Positions 59,658-64,000 of a stretch of DNA of 64,000 nucleotides are shown in pieces. Position 1 is the stretch's first letter; every line of letters starts with the position of its first letter. Under the pieces are notes generated by a model. That model had not been told where the DNA came from, made no database searches, and saw only the letters and a list, made by a program, of their open reading frames with translations. Origin of the DNA: a virus. Both the position numbers and the translations under genes were made by a program. The DNA is taken from positions 1 through 64,000 of IMG/VR virus record IMGVR_UViG_3300045922_000167, one strand, 5' to 3'.

Positions 59658-61152
59658 TTACTCAGAATATCACGAAGAAGACGTATTTGATTACGTTGAA
59701 GAAGAAAACGTAGAGTCAGCTAATAAAGCTGAATACGCAAAAGATCCTTACTACATATTAGAATGTAGAAGAGAAGATATTATCTATACAGATGATCAAC
59801 AAAATACATTAATAGACATAGCTAAACATATTAAAAAGTTTAGCGAAGAATATGAAGAAATTGATGATTTACCAAATAAGTATTTACTTGTAGAAGGTTT
59901 CGCTGGTACAGGTAAAACTACAATAATTGAGAACATCATCAATTATATTAATTATTTGATGGATTTTAGTCCAGTGGTACTAACACCTACCAACAAGGCT
60001 GGAGTCGTTTTACAAGAGAAATTAAGAGGAATTGAGGGTACTTATGAACTAAGTACCCTTCATTCCAAAATCTATGGGGGTCCTACGGTAGATAATAAAT
60101 GGATACCTAAACAAGAGATAATTAAGAACGAGGTTATCTTAATTGACGAATGTTCGATGGTAGATACTCAAGTACTTAACGACCTTTTAAGTTTGGCTAC
60201 AAGTAATTGCTTGATTATTATGTTCGGTGATAGCTTCCAGCTAGAACCAGTAGGCGAGAATCCTAATTTATTTACACGTCAAGACTTTTGGGCTGCTCAT
60301 TACAAACTAACTCAAGTACGTAGGCAATCGGTAAGTGAGCTACTTAACGTATGTACAGATGTTAGATTAAATAATTCAATGACTGTAAAGTCTGAATTTT
60401 TAGATAATACAATAAGCTATATAGAAAGAATTGATACTTTTACTGAAGCCTACATACAAGCATTGCAGCTAAACGCTGATGCTATGTATTTACTATTCAA
60501 TAATCAAAGTAGGGTAATGTTAAATAACTACGTTAGAGAAAGATTAGGATATACCTCATATGTAGAAGATGGAGAAAAGCTCATATCCATAGCAAACAGT
60601 TCTTCCTACGGAGACTTTATAGCGAACGGTGAGATAGTAAGAACTTCATATGTAGAAGTAGAAAATATGGAAGTGTTGTCTAAAGCCTTAGCTGAGATTA
60701 AAGTATTTACTCTCAGTGGTCTAGAAGAAAACAAAAAAACTACTGCGGTATTTAGGTTCTTAGCAATTAAAGGTACTGTACATTTATGTCTAATATTTCC
60801 TGATTTAGAGTTATCTTCGTTGCCTCATCAAGTACTTAATAGATGGATTAAAGATAATCCAGACGATGAATTCACTAAGTATTTAATTAGTATTCGTGCA
60901 GTAGCTAACAGTAAGTATGGATTATTTTTAATAAAGGAAGTAGTTATATTAACGTATACTTACGCTATTACTGTACATAAAGCACAAGGTAGTCAATTTG
61001 AATTTGTATGGATTAATACGAATGAAGTACCTAAATCTCCTTATCGTTGGTTTTATACTGCTCTTACAAGAGCTACTAAGAAAGTTTACTTACATGGAAA
61101 TAATATTAAAGTAATTAGAGATAACTTATTTACAAATGAATTACAACGTTGA
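59650..61152 (+). CDS. RecD/Dda-like SF1B helicase
   Basis: GFAGTGKT, TPTNKA, TLHS, IDECSM, GDSFQL, YAITVHKAQGSQF, YTALTRA; likely start MIDY at 59650. Confidence 0.92.
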   Translation: MIDYSEYHEEDVFDYVEEENVESANKAEYAKDPYYILECRREDIIYTDDQQNTLIDIAKHIKKFSEEYEEIDDLPNKYLLVEGFAGTGKTTIIENIINYINYLMDFSPVVLTPTNKAGVVLQEKLRGIEGTYELSTLHSKIYGGPTVDNKWIPKQEIIKNEVILIDECSMVDTQVLNDLLSLATSNCLIIMFGDSFQLEPVGENPNLFTRQDFWAAHYKLTQVRRQSVSELLNVCTDVRLNNSMTVKSEFLDNTISYIERIDTFTEAYIQALQLNADAMYLLFNNQSRVMLNNYVRERLGYTSYVEDGEKLISIANSSSYGDFIANGEIVRTSYVEVENMEVLSKALAEIKVFTLSGLEENKKTTAVFRFLAIKGTVHLCLIFPDLELSSLPHQVLNRWIKDNPDDEFTKYLISIRAVANSKYGLFLIKEVVILTYTYAITVHKAQGSQFEFVWINTNEVPKSPYRWFYTALTRATKKVYLHGNNIKVIRDNLFTNELQR

Positions 61153-61990
61153 ATTACTTAAAGCTACGTTACCTGCTTCGCAAGAAGCAGGTAACGCTTA
61201 TAATATTCTAATTTCAATGAAGCTAACGTATCCGTTATGTATTCATTCAGAGTTTATGACGTATCGTAGGTTTGCACGTAATAGCGCTAGCTTACGTGCT
61301 ATACCTACAAAAAAATTAATAGATATGGTACGTCAATATCCTTTTATACCTAAGTTTACTAAGAATCAAAAAGGAATGGAATCTAACGCATTACTCAGTG
61401 AGCAATTGGAAGCAGAAAATATTTGGCTAAAAGGACGTGACGAAGCTATTAAAACAGCTGAGAAATTAGATGCGTTAGGTGTAGCTAAACAAGATGTAAA
61501 TAGAGTATTAGCTCCTTACTTGTGGAATACTATAATAGCTACTGCTCCGTTCTTTGATTGGCTTCATTTACTTAACCAACGTCTAAAACCTGATGCAGAT
61601 CCTAAGTTCCAAGAATTGGCGTTACATATTAAAGATGCCTTAAGGTCATTTACGTTAGAACGAAGTAACTTTCATTATCCTTTTGGTAGGTTTGGTAATA
61701 AAGTACACGATACTATCGTACGTAACGTAGCTGCTTGCGCTAGGATTAGTTATCTAAGTAGAGGTGAGTTTACGTTAGAACAAGACCAAGAACTTTATGA
61801 TCGTTTGTTATCTAATGGTCATTGGTCTCCGTTTGATCACATAGCGGAATTTAACGAATCAGAATCTAACGATAGTATTTGGAAATACTGGATACCATAT
61901 CGTAATAGACTACCTCAATGGGAATCATATAAAACAATTGGTATATACATAGAATCAATCGATCACAATATAAACATATCCATGCTATGA
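61136..61990 (+). CDS. thyX: Flavin-dependent thymidylate synthase (ThyX-like)
   Basis: HSEFMTYRRFARNSASLRAIP, KQDVNRVLAP, CARISY, GHWSPFDH. Confidence 0.8.
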   Translation: MNYNVELLKATLPASQEAGNAYNILISMKLTYPLCIHSEFMTYRRFARNSASLRAIPTKKLIDMVRQYPFIPKFTKNQKGMESNALLSEQLEAENIWLKGRDEAIKTAEKLDALGVAKQDVNRVLAPYLWNTIIATAPFFDWLHLLNQRLKPDADPKFQELALHIKDALRSFTLERSNFHYPFGRFGNKVHDTIVRNVAACARISYLSRGEFTLEQDQELYDRLLSNGHWSPFDHIAEFNESESNDSIWKYWIPYRNRLPQWESYKTIGIYIESIDHNINISML

Positions 61991-62424
61991 TAGAATACAT
62001 AAACAACGTACAAACCGATAACTCACAAGAAGATGAGTTACGTGTACAAAAAATGCTAAAAGCTAAAAAACCTAAAAAAATACCTAAAAAATACGATCCT
62101 ATCTATATTAAGTACATCATTCAGTATTTCGGTGGATGGCAAAGACGTACAACAGGTAGATATAATACTATTATTAGAAGTTTTTTAAGTTTATATTACA
62201 AACATTGTGGGTACAATAATACGGATATAGCGTATGAATTAATGTGTGATGTTACTACTGTACGTGATAGATTAAAAACAATACATACGGATTATCATGT
62301 TAACAAAATAAAAGATATTGTTAACTTTTTAGATTTACACCCAGAACTAAAAGAGACGTTAGATTGTTATGTAGATGAATTAAAAAGAAAACAAGAAAAA
62401 AGATTAAAAAAGAACGAAAGTTAA
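61987..62424 (+). CDS. HTH DNA-binding protein (DnaA domain IV-like)
   Basis: NNTDIAYELMCDVTTVRDRL resembles the DnaA C-terminal S..EIG....DHTTV helix-turn-helix. Confidence 0.5.
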   Translation: MIEYINNVQTDNSQEDELRVQKMLKAKKPKKIPKKYDPIYIKYIIQYFGGWQRRTTGRYNTIIRSFLSLYYKHCGYNNTDIAYELMCDVTTVRDRLKTIHTDYHVNKIKDIVNFLDLHPELKETLDCYVDELKRKQEKRLKKNES

Positions 62425-62434
62425 GGTTAAAAGT

Positions 62435-62470
62435 AAAGGCTATTAGGGTAACACCTAATAGCCTTTTTTT
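62435..62470. terminator. Terminator at the convergence of the two modules
   Basis: AAAGGCTATTAGG/CCTAATAGCCTTT stem plus T tract. Confidence 0.8.
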
Positions 62471-62509
62471 AGTTAACACACTCTCACTGAGTGTTAATAT
62501 TAACATAGG

Positions 62510-63007
62510 TTAGTTTGCTTCTACTTTGTAAAAAAATTTATGATATAAAATATCTTTAGGGTTTACTTTCCACCAGTTAGGAATATTGTACAATAAAGCT
62601 ACGTATTCAGAACAAAATAGTTTACGTTGATCATTTCTACTTCTTGTAGGTTCTATCCATTTACCAGTTAGTAAGTAAATAGGATAATATACAAATAAGC
62701 TAAGAAAATCGTATTTACTTCCTAAATAAAAGTTAGCTTTAATAGCAAAGTCTCTTTCAATAATTGGATGTATACAGCGTAACACTACGTATTCTTTGTT
62801 TTTTAATCTTTCTTCAACAGGTACAGCTATTATTCCTTTTTCATCAGCCTCATTTAAAAATAGTCTACCCCAGTTACTTACTATCACACCTACGTGATTA
62901 TATCTTGTGTTTAAAAATAGTCTAATAAATACTGGTATCCAAGTAAGTGGTTTCGTAATCTTAAATTTGGTATGAAACAAGATTACATCACCTGTTTTAA
63001 GTTCCAT
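62510..63007 (-). CDS. Permuted papain-like NlpC/P60 amidase (YiiX/YebB-like)
   Basis: LKTGDVILF, YNHVGVI, YDF, LFCSEYV (His before Cys, i.e. permuted). Confidence 0.85.
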   Translation of the reverse strand: MELKTGDVILFHTKFKITKPLTWIPVFIRLFLNTRYNHVGVIVSNWGRLFLNEADEKGIIAVPVEERLKNKEYVVLRCIHPIIERDFAIKANFYLGSKYDFLSLFVYYPIYLLTGKWIEPTRSRNDQRKLFCSEYVALLYNIPNWWKVNPKDILYHKFFYKVEAN

Positions 63008-63008
63008 A

Positions 63009-64000
63009 TTATCTATATCTAGTTGCGTCAGGTTGGCTAATATATCTTTGTTGCATCATCTTGTCTTTTAAGAATCGCTGTGCTTGTGAAGAGTTTGCTG
63101 CTGTTGGTGGTAACGCACCCATTTGTCTCATTCTGTATCTATCCATAGCAGCTTTTTCAGCTTGCATTTTATTCCATTGTGCTTGTCTTGCTTTAGCACC
63201 AGTAACCGTAGCATCACCCGCAGTAATAGGACTAGTTGCCATTAACACACCTCCAGTAACTGGATTAAATCTAGTAGCTGTTCGTAAACCAGCTGATACG
63301 CCTCCTTTAAGTGTAGAACCTACGGTTCTTGCCGTTCTTAACGCATTACTTGTAGCTCCAGGAAATCTACTAGATACATCACCATACATATCTATTATAT
63401 CTACAAAATCAGCAATAGCTTGACTTATTCTATCATAGTTAATTGATCCAGGCGATTCACTCTCTTCGTTATTATTACTTCCAGCTGCATACGCACCAGC
63501 TGCGCCACCAAGTAACATTAGTCCAGCTAATCCACCTATTTTTATTGACTTATTGTTAATAAGGTTTTCATGTTTTTTTATAACTTCTTTATATTTTGAA
63601 AAATCAGTTTCGTTGGCTCTTGGGGCTGCGTCTGCTAATTCGTCTATTATTTTATCTGCTATGCTTTGGTTTTTACTATTTTTAATTATTTCATTGCGAA
63701 GTTTTATTTTAAAGTCTTTTAAATCGTAATCATTTAAACTTTCTATAGGATTTGAATTATAAAGTACTTTAACTGACTTAGGATTATTAGTTTGAGTATT
63801 TATATTAGCATTAAGAGTAGGTGTAGGCGTTGATGTAGGTGTAGGCTTAGTTACATTAGTATTAGGGGTAGTAGCAGACGTAGTAGTAGGAGTAACATTA
63901 GGAGTAGCTGCAGAAGCAACATTATTAGGTAAGTTAGTAGCATTAGGTGTATTAGCAACTGGTGTAGGCGTAGGTGTCGGTGTAGTAGAAGTAGTTACAG
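63009..64000 (-). CDS. Partial ORF (start beyond the window) with Pro/Thr-rich linker and hydrophobic segments
   Basis: Frame of the listed 169-aa ORF stays open to 64000: TTSTTPTPTPTPVANTPNAT...IGGLAGLMLLGGAAGAYAAG. Confidence 0.75.
   Translation of the reverse strand, partial: VTTSTTPTPTPTPVANTPNATNLPNNVASAATPNVTPTTTSATTPNTNVTKPTPTSTPTPTLNANINTQTNNPKSVKVLYNSNPIESLNDYDLKDFKIKLRNEIIKNSKNQSIADKIIDELADAAPRANETDFSKYKEVIKKHENLINNKSIKIGGLAGLMLLGGAAGAYAAGSNNNEESESPGSINYDRISQAIADFVDIIDMYGDVSSRFPGATSNALRTARTVGSTLKGGVSAGLRTATRFNPVTGGVLMATSPITAGDATVTGAKARQAQWNKMQAEKAAMDRYRMRQMGALPPTAANSSQAQRFLKDKMMQQRYISQPDATRYR

Noticed and set aside
3861-62491. CTCAGTG as a phage promoter or Chi/KOPS-like polar site
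   Set aside because: Occurs in both orientations irrespective of transcription direction and mostly inside genes
37602-63423. Antisense or alternate-frame ORFs on the right arm (37602, 39019, 41211, 44244, 45972, 46788, 48057, 51245, 52731, 54008, 58922, 62321, 63061)
   Set aside because: They overlap real genes or run across terminator hairpins (54008, 62321)

Overview
AT-rich (~30% GC by eye) fragment of a crAss-like phage genome (Crassvirales-type), standard genetic code, probably infecting a Bacteroidota host (A/T-rich leaders without Shine-Dalgarno, TAnnTTTG-like boxes). The left arm (minus strand, <1-37240) is the virion module: candidate TerS, TerL, portal, scaffold-like protein, major capsid, ring/tubular and tail-stabilization proteins, HU/IHF-like genes and ejection/cargo proteins. 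It ends in a giant ORF missing from the ORF track (15376 to <1, >5,100 aa) carrying hydrophobic segments, an SF1 helicase, a zincin HExxH motif and the virion RNA polymerase DFDVD motif in one frame. A repeat-rich divergence region (~37256-37520) is followed on the plus strand by a structured-RNA-rich early region and a replication/nucleotide-metabolism module (PolA, SF2 helicase, DnaB, RecT-like, Dcd, primase, RusA-like, PD-(D/E)XK exonuclease, DUF5664, RecD/Dda, ThyX). A convergent minus-strand module begins at ~62500. Most notable observations: at least 24 dispersed CTCAGTG-core sites on both strands, three exact copies of a 17-mer around the divergence region, a set of intergenic H-type pseudoknots, three NLTPH-type paralogues (possible ring nucleases) and a T7 Ocr-like domain. 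All protein calls rest on manual motif reading; no database search was run.
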